DNA of 62,715 nt, counting the filler, from Nemertoderma westbladi (Eukaryota > Animalia > Xenacoelomorpha), in assembly GCA_032718475.1 (NCBI GenBank). It is 3 parts of 3 records of this genome, joined end to end, with 100 filler letters (N's around TTAATTAATTAA, not from the genome) between each part and the next. Parts side by side here need not be neighbours in the genome. Positions count along the whole stretch, not along the records: positions 27,298 to 51,639 come from JAUCBJ010004889.1; positions 51,740 to 62,715 come from JAUCBJ010005385.1; 1 more part is not named here. One strand, 5' to 3'. Of the stretch, positions 50,587-62,715 are shown in pieces. Each line of letters opens with the position of its first letter. The first letter of the stretch is position 1. The notes under the pieces were generated by a model, which was not told where the DNA came from, made no database searches, and was given only the letters and a program-made list of their open reading frames with translations. The position numbers and the translations under genes were made by a program.

Positions 50587-51630
50587 TGAGCTTATGCTCA
50601 TCCGATCAGAGACTTGCTGAGGACTTTGAAAGTTAACTGTCAGAATTTTGGTCTTTCTGGAGTTAATAAAAAGACCAACACTAGAAGCAGCATGTTCTAA
50701 TGAGCTGAGGAGCCGCTGGGCTCCCTCTAATGATTCTGAGAGTACTCCTAAGTCATCAGCAAAGTCTAGATCAGTTAGATACTTGGCAGGATTTCCTCGA
50801 CTTCTGGAGCCAGTAGGTGGAGGTATCATCACCCCATCATCATTATGATGATCTAAGGACATGCGTAGAACATAGTCAACCACAATAATGAACAAGAATG
50901 GTGCAAGTGTGTCTCCTTGGAGGACGCCCCATAACACTTCAAATGGTTCTGTGTCACCGTCAACAGTAGACACAAATGTTGTCGAACCATCGTATACTGA
51001 TCTGATTGCTGCAATAATTTCATCAGGAATCCCATATAATGAAAGTATGCTGAACATACGTGAGCGAGAGACTGAATCAAAGGCCTTGAAGAAGTCAACA
51101 AAGATAACAGCCAGATGCCTGTCTTTCTTTTTTGATAACTCTTCAATTATCCTTCTAAGTGCCAAAATGGGCTCCATGGTCCCACGACCTTTACGGAACC
51201 CATTCTGATTTCCACGTAGCAGTCTCTCAATGGGATCCCTGATGCGATTTAATAGAATTCTATTGTATAGTTTTGCAGCAATCGAGATCAATGAGATTCC
51301 CCGAAAAGAACCATAGAGTGTTAGGTTGCCCTTCTTGGGAACTGGCACCAACTTATTTGTTTTCATTTCTTGTGGGACTCTTGTTGTACGGTACATGTCT
51401 ACTATGATGGGATAGATGAGCTTTAAACACTCAGGTATTTTAAAGACCTCAGGGGGAACACCATCTACTCCACTGGCACGATTGGTCTTAATGCTCTTTC
51501 CAGCAGCCTTCACTTCTGCAAAGGAGATATCGCCAATGGGAATATCTGGGAGTACAGACTCAGACACTTTTACTTCTATAAAGTTATCAGGCAATACCCT
51601 GTCATTATTGAGGAGCTTTTCAAAGTGGGC
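50587..51630 (-). mobile_element. RTE LINE copy D (uninterrupted RT segment, FADD intact, 3' end missing)
   Basis: ORF 50467-51594 matches copy B up to MSISS, then diverges into unrelated sequence. Confidence 0.92.
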
Positions 51631-51639
51631 CGATCGCCA

Positions 51640-51739
51640 NNNNNNNNNNNNNNNNNNNNNNNNNNNNNNNNNNNNNNNNNNNNTTAATTAATTAANNNNN
51701 NNNNNNNNNNNNNNNNNNNNNNNNNNNNNNNNNNNNNNN
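51640..51739. other. Assembly gap with artificial TTAATTAATTAA linker
   Basis: N-runs flanking the stop linker. Confidence 0.95.
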
Positions 51740-52495
51740 TTATCGTTATTCCAAATATAATTATTCATCAACCATATTATGAAGAACTGACGGTAAATAG
51801 CAGTATAACAATATAAAGGTATGCACAATGTTACACAGTACAACAATGCAGTGTATGCAGTACTGCAGTATGCAGACATCAGTCATCAGTATGCAGTGAT
51901 TCCATGAGTCAGATAGGTGCGTTAAAGGATATATGCCCTTTATAATTAAACCTACTAGTGTAAGACTAAAAACTAAAACACAGAGGTGCCAAAGCCGGTT
52001 CTTAGGCTCTGGACAAAAACATAACACTGAACTACTGAGTTTCTGTATATACCTCCAACACAAAGACAACAAACGCTCTGATTGGTCAACCTGAACAACG
52101 AGAGAACAGAGAAACAAAGAAACGTCGACGTGGCAATATCAGCTGCTAGCTGTCGTCATGGTAGCGACACTGTTTTCAAGAGTATCGAGCTTTTACGTCA
52201 CGGAATTACGGATTATGTCCTCTAAAGTACAAATACAGAAGAAATAGCTCTTATGTCCGCTAAAACACCAGTACAGCAAGGACACGGCCTTTTTATGCCT
52301 GGTAAACCAACTACAGAGTACTTTACGGGAAAAATAAGGAAAAATAACCGGACAATTCAGTAAAAGCTTTTACACTCCCATTCATATGCATTACATTACA
52401 GAGCTAGGCTGTACAGTACAAGTCTCCACACCACCACCCCCACCCGCCTCCCTTACTTTTTGAGTTTGTTTTAGTCTAGTGATTTCTCACTGCAG

Positions 52496-52679
52496 ATTGG
52501 CTGGAGGTTACGAAGCTCTAGACCTCGGTAACATGGGAGACGCTCTGGTTGATTTCTCTGGGGGGATCAGTGAAGAAATGAACTTGGATGATTTTCGGGA
52601 TCGGAATAAAATGGAAGAACTCTGGAAGATTTTAGTGCTCGCTTTCCAGAGGGATGCATTACTGGGCTGTTTTGTAGCT
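52496..52679 (+). CDS. Internal exon of a calpain (CysPc catalytic domain; resembles calpain-5/tra-3)
   Basis: tttctcactgcAG|ATTG...GCT|GTAAGT. It translates as LAGGYEALDLGNMGDALVDFSGGISEE...LWKIL...ALLGC, matching calpain KL.G.YEAL..G...DALVDFTGGVSE. Confidence 0.88.
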
Positions 52680-53484
52680 GTAAGTAAAATATATATGAAT
52701 TATTGGGTTGTTTGTAGCTTTAAGTAAAATATATATGAATTATTGGGTTGTTTTGTAGCTTTAAGTCAAATATATACGAATTATTGGGTTGTTTGTAGCT
52801 GTAAGTAAAATATATGCGAATTATTGGGTTGTTTATGTTGCTCTAAATAAAATATATACCAATTATTGGGGTATTATGTTGCTGTGAGTAAAATATATAT
52901 AAATTATTGGGTTGTTTGTAGCTTTAAGTAAAATATATACGAATTATTGGATTATTTTGTAGCTGTGAGTAGAATATATATACGAATTATAGGTTATTTG
53001 TAGCTGTAATTAAAATATATACGAATTATTGGGTTGTTTGTAGCTTTAAGTAGAATATATACGAATTATTGGGTTGTTTTGTTGCTGTGAGTAAAATATA
53101 TACGAATTATTGGGGTATTATGTTGCTGTGAGTAAAATATATATAAATTATTGGGTTGTTTGTAGCTTTAAGTAAAATATATACGAATTATTGGGTTATT
53201 TTGTAGCTGTGAGTAGAATATATATACGAATTATAGGTTATTTGTAGCTGTAATTAAAATATATACGAATTATTGGGTTGTTTGTAGCTTTAAGTAAAAT
53301 ATATACGAATTATTGGGTTGTTTTGTTGCTGTGAGTAAAATATATACTAATTATTGGGTTGTTTGTAGCTTTAAGTAAAATATATACGAATTATTGTGTT
53401 GTTGTGTTGCTGTGAGTAAAATATATATGAATTATTGGGTTGTTTGTAACTCTGAGTAAATAATATATACGAATTATTGGGTTG
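52662..53484. repeat. ~40-42-bp minisatellite spanning the calpain exon/intron junction, ~20 copies
   Basis: Unit GGGTTGTTTGTAGCT(G/T)T(A/G)AGTAAAATATATACGAATTATT; the first unit is the exon end plus donor. Confidence 0.92.
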
Positions 53485-54058
53485 TGTGACGGGATCGGAG
53501 ATCCCGACCTGGTAAATATACAGTACTACGCGGCACCGTTCTGCTTTAGGGATGGTGCTAGCAGGTTGGCCGAGGCCGATGTAGGAAAAAACAATGGGAG
53601 TTCGATGTTGTCTCTTGATATTGTAAATGCCGAAATGATAGCACAATAATAAGCAGAAGTACAGATGTTACCGGTCTGCACTAAAACTAAGTAACTGGGT
53701 AAACTGAATAATCAAACCAGTAACGGGATAATATATGTATGATTACTTCACCCCTACATTACTTTGGCCTCTTACCTAGTGGATGCTCTCCTTCGCCCCC
53801 ATTGGCTAACAACCTACCACACACCCTTCCACTCTCTGGGAGTGTTTCCCCTCTGTTGCTAGCCCCTGCTAGCTGTGTCCCCTCCGAGGTGGTTTGACCT
53901 CTAACCTCCCTTTGTGTGTGGCTTCGGGGTTCGTACTGTCCCCCGATGTTGGTTGTGATACGAGATTAATTATTGCTAATCTCGTATCTCCAACATATTG
54001 CTGAAAATGCCACTATCCCATTTATGAGGGTAATGAGGCGGAATTGAATCCGCTTACA
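53485..54058 (-). mobile_element. 3' LTR of BEL/Pao element 2 (TG...CA), preceded on the minus strand by a polypurine tract
   Basis: On the minus strand GGGGGGGAG (54059-54067) is followed by TGTAAGCG...CCGTCACA. It abuts the minisatellite abruptly. Confidence 0.75.
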
Positions 54059-57000
54059 CTCCCCCCCATGCTATCTTCCCGGTCGGAGGATAGCATCAAC
54101 TACAAGTGCGCTTCAATTCCGCTGGAACCCGATCTACTATCGGGTGTGGGGTGGAGTTCTTTTCTCGGAGTCGGCTTTCCAGGCCGCTCCCTCTGGGTAT
54201 GATATTACTACCCCTTCTTGGTGCAACCGCAACCTATGTTGCACCAAGACATCTGACGTCTCTGTTTGAGACAATTGTGGACTCTTCACACAATTTTCAA
54301 AAACTATCACTCTGAATTCACTCTCGGACCCTTCTGTCCCTTACTCTCTCTATCTCACTGCTCGCTCCCCACACTTGAATTGCACTCCTCTCACTTTCTC
54401 TCATCGTGTCAACACCTCCTCTCCATTCTTCCCCCCGATTCCCCATTCTCGTTTTCATTCCTTATACACTTATTGGGCCCCACACATGTGCGCATCATGT
54501 TCGTGGGAGCCGTCTAAGTCCCGTCCTGTCGCCCTAGTCAATTAGTCCCCAGTCCCAGTAGCTAATTGGAAAAAGGTTGTACTTGACTACGGTGCATATT
54601 ATACCTCCCTTCCTTCTTTCGTGCCAATATCCACTAACTTTATTTTAGATTTTGTTTTATCTGTATTTTCCCCCTATTCTGTGCTATCATCGTACTTACC
54701 TTCTACTTGTTTCTTACTACGTACTTACTACTTACTACTATGGTATGTTGTATCCATATACCATATTCTCTACTCTATTACTGCTAACTCTACTAACTCA
54801 ACTAACTCCACTAACTCTACTAACTCTACTAACTCTACTAATTCCAACGGTACTATGTACCCTCCTACTACCCTCGTGGTATGTCTCTATACCACACTCC
54901 CTATACTTCTAACTCTGATGGTACTATGTACCCTATTACTCCCGTGGTATGTCTCTATACCACACTCCCTATACTTCTAACTCTCCTCTTACTCTTGCTA
55001 ACTTCTATTAACTTTCTAACTACTACTAACTTCTGCTAACTTTCTAACTACTACTAACTTCTGCTAACTTTCTAACTACTACTAACTTCTGCTAACTTTC
55101 TAACTATTACTAACTTCTGCTAACTTTCTAACTATTACTTAGTGCTACGTACTATCTACTACTATCACTTTCTGAGTTTCTGCTTTCTCACTTTATTTTA
55201 TTATTTTTATTTTTTTTTATATTTTGTGTGGGAAGGGCGTCTCGCCCTCAATCCCACCCCCTCAGTCCAACACTTGGACGACTAAACTCTATGCTGCCCC
55301 TTCTAATAGGCAGCACTTCCCTACAGCCCTCCTGTAGGTCTTTCTACCTTTCGCTCCTATCTTACCCACTATCCGCACTTCCACCGATCGGACTCTTCCG
55401 TCCTCGTCGGGGTAAGTGTCTAGTACTCTCGCTAGCCTCCACTGATTGTTGATGATTGTGTCGTCAGTGACGATCACTAAGTCACCTTTCTTTAACTCTC
55501 TAGTGGTGTTTCTCCACTTGCTCCTCCTGTGTAGCGTGGGTAGGTATTCCTCGACCCACCTCCTCCAATACTCGGCGCTTATCGCCTTGGCAACTTTCCA
55601 ACTCTGTCGGGAGTGTATGTCATCTGGGTCTACACCCCGCATGTCGATGGTCGCCAGCCTTTCCATCAGAAAGTGGCTCGGCTCGGTGTCGTCTAGTGAT
55701 TCCGGGTCGTCATTCTGTATAGCGGTCTGCTATTAATGATTCCCTCACACTTAGCTAGCACCGTTCTTAGAATATCCTCTGTCACCATGTGGGTGTTCAT
55801 CAACTTCGTCATCAGACGTTTGGAACTACCCACAAGCCTCTCGACGCATCCTAAAGTATGTGGCGCATACGGCATCCTCCTTTCCCACTTCACCTGTCGT
55901 CTCCTCATGGCTGCCCTGACCTCTTCTCCTTCTAGGATGTCCAAGGCCTCCGCCAACTCGTTATCCGCTCCCACAAAGTTGGTTCCATTGTCGGAATAGA
56001 TCACTGCGATTGTTCCACCTTTGCAGTCTCTAAATTTTTCTAAGGCATTGATGAATGCCGATGCCGTGGCATCTTGGGCGAGTTCTATTCCTACCGCCCT
56101 CGTGTTGTTACATACGAAGATGCTGCCGTATCGTTTCTCCGTGTGTCGCATCACCTTGATCTTAATCGGCCCGAACATGTCTACACTGCAGTGCGTGACC
56201 AGCAGGGTCGTGCTGTCTCACCCTACTGGCCGGTAATGGCGCCATCTCCTGTACGGCCCTATCCTTTCTTGTCCATCGGCAGGTCTGGCACTGCCCCCTA
56301 CCGCCTTTACCTTCTTCCTTAGCTGTGCGATCCAGAAGGTCCTCCGTATCTCTGTGAGGGTCTGGTTGGTGCCTCCGTGCAATATCGACTTGTGGGAGTC
56401 CCAAATGATCTGGTGGACTATCGGCGATCTGTTGGGGATGATAATGGGTTTTGGTGGGATGATAAGGCTGTTGTTATTCAGCACTATGGAATTCATCACC
56501 AGAATCCCGTCATCGTTGAGTTGTGGTGACAGCGTGATGAGCTCGCTGTCCCGACGAAGATGTTCGATCGATCCAGTTCGTCGGCGTAGTTCCTTCTCTG
56601 TTCGTATCGTATCACGGCCTTGGCCGCTCCATCCAGATCGATGCTTGGTTTCCTCTTGGCGTCCTTGCCAACTCCCTTGAGGAAATCCCTGTAGGCCCTC
56701 CAGTACGCTACCAACTTCTTGGTCTTGTACCAGCTGGAGCTGTAGCTGAGTAGCCTATCCGTCGGGTTGTCACATGGTTCTTCTGATTTCGGTTGCACCT
56801 CCCTGACCTCCCTCACCATCTGATTATTTATCTGAATCTTCTCCCTCTTCCCCTGGTGCTATCTCCTCTGAGCCCGGGTCCACCTTCTTCATTGGTGGCC
56901 TGGCCGATCTATCGTTCAGGAAGTGTGGCCCGTGCTGCCACAACACTTCCTTCTTTGAGAAAGTGTGGCGTGCCACGCCCCTCAATAACAAGTCTGCTGT

Positions 57001-60000
57001 GTTCTCGTCCGTAGGGCAGTAGTGCCACCTTTCCAAGTCTGTCGTCGCCCTTATTTCGTCCACCCTATTCGCGACGAATATAGGGTTATCTCGTCTTCAC
57101 GTTGTGCAGCCACCCGAGCACTACCGTGGAGTCTGTCCAGTAGTGTGTTTCCACTATGTTGGGAATATTGTCCATCAAGTAGGCTGTGGCCCTTACACAC
57201 CATGCACACCGATGTCTGTGACATCCTAAATGGAATTTTGGTTTTGATTGGGCCGCTTAGTGTCCATCTGAATGGTGTGAGAATTGCCATCGGATCGCGC
57301 TGTCTGTCTTCCCCGAAGATCGTCTGTACTCTTTCGTGAGCCGTCGGGCAGTCCATTCCCACTATGATGGATACCTTCCTGACGTCCACCTCCGGTATCA
57401 AGAAATCGATGTTGTCCAGGAATCTGTATTGCTCGACCTCGATGTTGGTTGGTCGCCTGGCGTTTATGTTGATCAATTCTATCACCTGGATGGGGTCGAT
57501 GGTCGCCCCATAGTCACATCCCGGTGCTATCGCTGATATCTGGCACCTTCCCATCCTCATCTCCAGGACCTCATCTTTGCTGGAGATGGTAGTTACCGCC
57601 ATCCAACTTGGCCTCGTCCTTAACCCTATCTCCTCGGCCACCCAATTCTCCACCAATGTGAAGGCTGCTCCGCTGTCGACCAGCATCAAGGTAGTAACTG
57701 ATTGACCGCCCTCTCCTATTACCCTCACCGGTACCACCCCCAGTAGCACCGTTCCCCTTTTCTTCGCCCCTATGGTGCTTGTCGCCATTGTTTGACCTTT
57801 GCCTTGATCGAATCTTACTGGTGTCTCCTTACACTCTTCAACCTTGTGTCCGCCTACCACACATCAGTGAAAAATTCCATTCTTATCCGCATAGGCTTTC
57901 CGATCTTGTTCGGGTAATGCCTGCCAATGCTTACAGTCCATGGTCTTATGGGTTCTCTCTTTATGCAATTGACATTTGTATTCTTGGTTGTAACGTTCCC
58001 TATATAGCTCTACACGTATTGCGCGTAGGTTCACATCTACCGGTTTAGTGTTTTATTTGGGTTTGGCCTACTGGGTGTGTTGGGATTATATTTGTTCGTA
58101 TTGTTATTTTGTCCCTGTTTGTGCCACAGTCTGGCCCCACTCCCAGCTATCTGTTGACTTGCAGTCCCCTGTGTCGCCGCGTATGGTAGGGATTGTCTTA
58201 ATTTTGGCAAGGCATTTGCCGCATTGTGCTCTGGTTTCAGCCTGTTGTATTCGGCCCTCAGCGCCTTCCCCAGACTATCCTCGCTGTAGACTGGGTCCAT
58301 GATTAACTCTGCTTCGTAGTTGAGGAAGTTCGACATTTCCTCTAGGCCCGGTTCCGCACCTTTCTTCTCCCGGGTGGAGAAGGCGATCTTCCTCCATTTG
58401 TTGCGTAGCCATATTGGCAGTGCCTGCGCTATCGTGGTGATGTTATTAGATGCGTTGAGTTCGTATGGCGCGTCTAGCGTCTTCAGCACGATTAAGGCCT
58501 TCTCAACCTTATTCGCGAAGGTCTTTATACTAACAGGGTTATCCTGTAGGCCACCCGATTTTATCCCCCTTAAGGTCTGCCGGATGATCTTGGCAGGGTG
58601 TCCGTATTCCCTGTCTAGGGCCCGCCATGCAGTCATGAAGCCACCCTCGATGCCCTGATACTGCCTCACGATGTCGTACGCTGGGCCTCCTGTGTATACC
58701 TGTAGATATTTTAGGCACTCCGCCTGCGTCAGGTTCTTAGTTTAATATCTCGTTGCTGTACATGCGTCGGAATTGCAGGTATTCTTCCAGTCTGCTTCCG
58801 TCGAATTTAAATGGCTCTACTGGTGGTAGCTCGATCCTGGTCTTGAGCGCATCGATAAGTGTTGCCATTCCTATTGCCTGTGCTTCCGATGGGTTCGAGG
58901 GATGCTGTATACAGATTCTCCCGTTGGGTGTGGTCTGCCCGTCGGGCCTGTTGACTTTCTTTGAGTCGGATATACCATTGGCGGTAACGGCCCCCTCCAT
59001 ATCTCAGTGTCGCAAGATCTGTTCTCCTCCAGGGGGTTCGATGTTCGTATTCCCGCTTGAGTGTATTGTTGATATTGTAATGGGGGAATGTCACCCTGCC
59101 CCCCCCCCCCCCCCCACCGGTGGTATATTTGCTACTGGGGTTGATGTTAATATATTGGGGCCCATAGACCTATCTGCAATAACTCTCCCCTCCCCTGGAT
59201 ATATGTTATGTCCCTGCATATTATAGTCATACTGCTGTGCCGGTACTGGTATAGGCCTATCCACTTCTTGCCTACCTACCGGTATATACGCTGCGACTTC
59301 CGGATCTAATCCCGTCGTTTGTGCTACCCTATTGCCTACACTATCTCTCCCAGCATGGCCTATAGTATGTGCAGTAAGGCCTACAGTATGTCCTGCAGTC
59401 TGCATGTGTCCTTCCGGACCGAAGTTTAACCTTCTCGAATAATCCGAGAAGTCCTCCACGTGACAACCGTACTCTCGATCGGCAGCTATATCCCGTCGGG
59501 AAGTCTCTCTTCGATCCACTCTCCTGTTCTCGTCCTCGTACCGGTACATCCTGTACCCCTCTCCCGGCGTATGATATATCTCGCCAGGCTGCGTCTCTCC
59601 GGGGCGACGGCAATCTCCCGGAGTTTGACCCCACTGACTTTCCAACTCCATCTCTACTACCGATGGTTCGCTATCCGTTCTCGCTCTCCAGTCGCTCGTA
59701 GCAACGCTTCTTCTATTCTCTTCGCTTCTTCTCTCTTCAGTATAGCATCCCCGCTCATGAGATCTCTCTTCGACCTCCCGGTTAAACTCCACTGTTCTTC
59801 TTCTGTCTTCCGACTAGGCTCGACGTCTCATCGCTCGCCCGCTCACGACGCCAACCTCTCTCTCTCTACCAGGTTGGACGCTCCTGGGGATATTCGCAAT
59901 CCCCCTACTATTCTCCGTCGTCGGGTGCCGCGGTTCATCTGACATGGTTCGCCCCGCGCATTATCCGTCGATGCTTGTGGGGCATTCTCTGCCCCCCCCC

Positions 60001-60344
60001 CCTCTCGCCACTAATCTCTCGTGGTGAGGTGCCGTAGCCCCCCCCCCCCCCCCCCCTTCCCGTTCGCCACCTCTTACTTCACTATCTCCCACTTCGCTTC
60101 TACACCCCTCTCTAGTCGACGCACTGTCTCTACTGCGGCTGGGTCTACTCACCCCCACCTCTCCCTGTGCAACTGCGTGGCCTGGCAGGCTTCCGTCGGG
60201 TTGACTCACCCCCGCTACTCCCTGCATAACTACGTGGCCTTGCAGGCTCCCGTCGGGGTGACTCACCCCCGCTACTCCCTGCATACTAACTACGTGGCCT
60301 TCCAGGCTCTCGCTGGTTGGACCACCTACGCTTGTTGCGTTCAT
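54059..60344 (-). mobile_element. BEL/Pao LTR retrotransposon 2 internal region (gag, protease, RNaseH C-terminus, integrase; RT deleted)
   Basis: Gag PFKFDG...EYLQF and AWRALDREYG; protease LLGVVPV...LVDSGAAFTLV; WHYCPTDENTADL, LWQHGPHFL; integrase FGPI, YSDNGTNFVGA, GCVERLV, YWRRWVEEYLPTL...GDLV...WRLARV...DGRVRSVEV. Frameshifted. Confidence 0.92.
54775..55140. repeat. Short tandem repeats in the 3' UTR of BEL element 2 (9-bp ACTAACTCT, ~69-bp duplication, 26-bp ACTACTAACTTCTGCTAACTTTCTA)
   Basis: Directly visible. Confidence 0.85.
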
Positions 60345-60530
60345 ATTAATAGCACCATTATCAACAACATTATTGCTTAAATTATTTAAATTTGATGAAT
60401 TATTTCACTATAAGGTAGCATTTGTAGTTTAACTTTAACGTAAAAACTTTTGAAAATCCGACGTATTTTGATTAAATTACAGTAATGTAATATGCCTATT
60501 CATATTTGTACACATAAAACCCTTAGGTAC

Positions 60531-60605
60531 TCTCGTGGCGTAGTGGTCAGATGGTTAAGGCGTTGGTTACATTACGTAGGTTACGAGTTCGAATCCCAGT
60601 CGGGA
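60531..60605 (+). mobile_element. tRNA-like SINE head
   Basis: A box TGGCGTAGTGG and B box GAGTTCGAATCCC; does not form a clean cloverleaf. Confidence 0.55.
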
Positions 60606-60644
60606 AATTTGTATTTTGGGGCCATTTATTTTCGTGTGGTGCTA

Positions 60645-60900
60645 ATTGATAGGCCAATGAGAAGCGTACAGCGTAGCGAATAATGAGCCAGGCCAATCAT
60701 AGGGCATAAATTACCTTATTGCTCAAATGTGAGGCAGTGGAAAATTCTGTTAGGATTCCATGTCCCAGATTAGTGTAAGGGCTGGACTGCGTTGAACGAT
60801 GAGCTGGGCCAATCATAGGGCACGACGCACTTCATTGCTCAATGGTGAAGCTGTGGAAAATTCTGTTTAGTTTCCATGTGCAATTTCTAGTATAAAAAGG
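60645..60900 (+). promoter_or_regulatory. Pol II promoter-like cluster (3x GGCCAAT, TATAAAA), possibly the U3 of an LTR
   Basis: GGCCAAT at ~60652, 60691 and 60807 (the last two within a ~116-bp duplication); TATAAAA at 60891. Confidence 0.4.
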
Positions 60901-62715
60901 GCCGTTTTGCCTTCGGTTATCACTTCCGTTATAATTTCTTATAACTTATCACTTCCGTTATAATTTCTTATAACGTTACTCTATCACTTTATTCTTGTAA
61001 AATTAGTTAATTCGGTTTCTTGTTGAAACTTATTTTGATAAATCCTTTTGTAAAACTGTAAATATACTGCAATTTCCTGACATGTTTTCTTTTGGTCCGA
61101 CTTCGGGACAGCCGAACACCAGGGAGATGGCAGCCTAGATCGTTAGGCCGTAAGCAACGCAGGGAAGGGATGTCCACAACACGCTAGCACCCACATTGGA
61201 TCGACCGCGCACCCCCTTTGCCCCTTCGAAATACTCCACTTGCCATGCAGCACCCGCTTTGTGAGAAAGGTAAGACTTTGTTCGACGCCCTTGCCCGCCG
61301 TAAGACCTATAGATCAGGGTAAGCGTGACACCGCACTGGACGCCGCAAATTTAGGATCAAATAATTATATCCAGACACCCCCCCTTTGTCAAGTCCTTCG
61401 AATCCCTGGGTTAACCTGTACTTCCTACAGGTGCGAACTATTGCCATTCGTCAGTACGCGAGTACACATTAGGTATGGACAGCATACGTTCCATAATTTA
61501 GTGATTCATAGCACTGACTGTTTGGTACCGGTTCGCTTTGTAGAACGTACATTAGTACCCCCCCCCCTCCTGTCTGGAGTTAGCTATTTGATCAGGCAAG
61601 GAGTATTTCTGCTACCGGCACACTGCTTGGCCTAGGGAGGTTTATTAATATCCTACCGCGCCTTGCCACGTACTGATAGGTATTGCTGCTAACTACCGCA
61701 GCAACAAAATTCTAGAATTAAATTAGTATACCAGATCAGCTAACGTACGGTAGCGATTAACCCCTATTCTTATCTTACAACCAGAATCTGGTATTAGTGC
61801 CGATCACGGGTGTAGTTACTAACACTGTGGTTGCCCATTGGGTTGTGGATAGGAAGGAGAGAGCTTTGACGTCATTCGTGAGTATAAAGTTCTACAAACG
61901 CGACTAGTTTATTTTAGTAGCTAGCGCACGGTATCATTTTAGTCAGAAAATCACTAAAACCTAGTAAAAGGAATTACACGAAATTGTTTTATTTGTAACA
62001 CACCCACACACACACGCCCTAAAACATACCGCCCTTAAAGTTCTACTAGCTATAGCGTACTATACATTACTTTAGGTGGAAATTATCTGTATTTGTAAAA
62101 TTAGGATCTGATTTAGTTGCGGCACAATAAGGAGTATTTCACTTTCGTTATTAAACTGTTGTTTGTCTGGACAACGGTATTGTTACATTTAGGCCTGACC
62201 TTTTAGACTGATTTCGTACAGGGGGATCAGTTATTGTTACATTTAGGCACGACCCCCTTTCGACTGATTTAGGACTGTCAGTGTTGTTACGCTAGGTCTG
62301 TTAACCCACTAGCTCGTATATAAACCATATAAATCACACCGCGGCAAGTTACTGTATTTAGGACTGTCAGTAATAGTTAGGATTCGCTGCGCGGGGATTG
62401 TTTTCCCGTGAGTTTGGTCTGTTACTGTAACTGTACATCTGCCTCACCAGTTAGAGGACAGGTATCCTTCTGTCTAGTACGTAGGCATTAGACTCGCTCA
62501 CGTACATAGAATAGATACAAGGCTCTGTTCCTCGCCAGTAGTCGTTTGTGTACTATATCTGTTTGTTTAGATATCCTGGACTGGGATTTGTTGTCAGATA
62601 CTGTACAAGCCCGTATACATTACTAGAGTCTCATAGTAAGATACATCGTTACTAGGATCTGGTAAGCGGTATACTACTGGACCCTTACAGTAGGAAGTAT
62701 ATTATACAAATTCTG

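Noticed and set aside
60531-60605. Functional tRNA genes (also 31200 and 50287)
   Set aside because: The stems are incomplete, so these were called as SINE heads.

Overview
This is a repeat-rich, AT-rich eukaryotic (invertebrate animal) scaffold with two artificial gap linkers (N-TTAATTAATTAA-N). Host genes are an apparently intact, intronless Lmx-class LIM-homeobox CDS (9299-10843, -), one calpain protease-domain exon (52496-52679, +) and one 75-bp LRR exon of the glycoprotein-hormone-receptor/LGR type (32450-32524, -). The rest is three large minisatellite arrays (17, 27 and 16 bp units), four copies of one young RTE-clade LINE plus an older RTE, two BEL/Pao LTR retrotransposons that both lack RT, a piggyBac-like non-autonomous element, many MITE/foldback elements and tRNA-derived SINEs. 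The most striking observations are: (1) a tRNA-like SINE head with a minimal type I hammerhead ribozyme between its A and B boxes (~50287-50380); (2) a GAAA-tetraloop, bulged-A hairpin repeated about 8 times along one BEL/Pao element; (3) a minisatellite that amplifies the calpain exon's 5' splice site about 20 times; (4) the intronless Lmx gene. All calls were made by eye without database searches.
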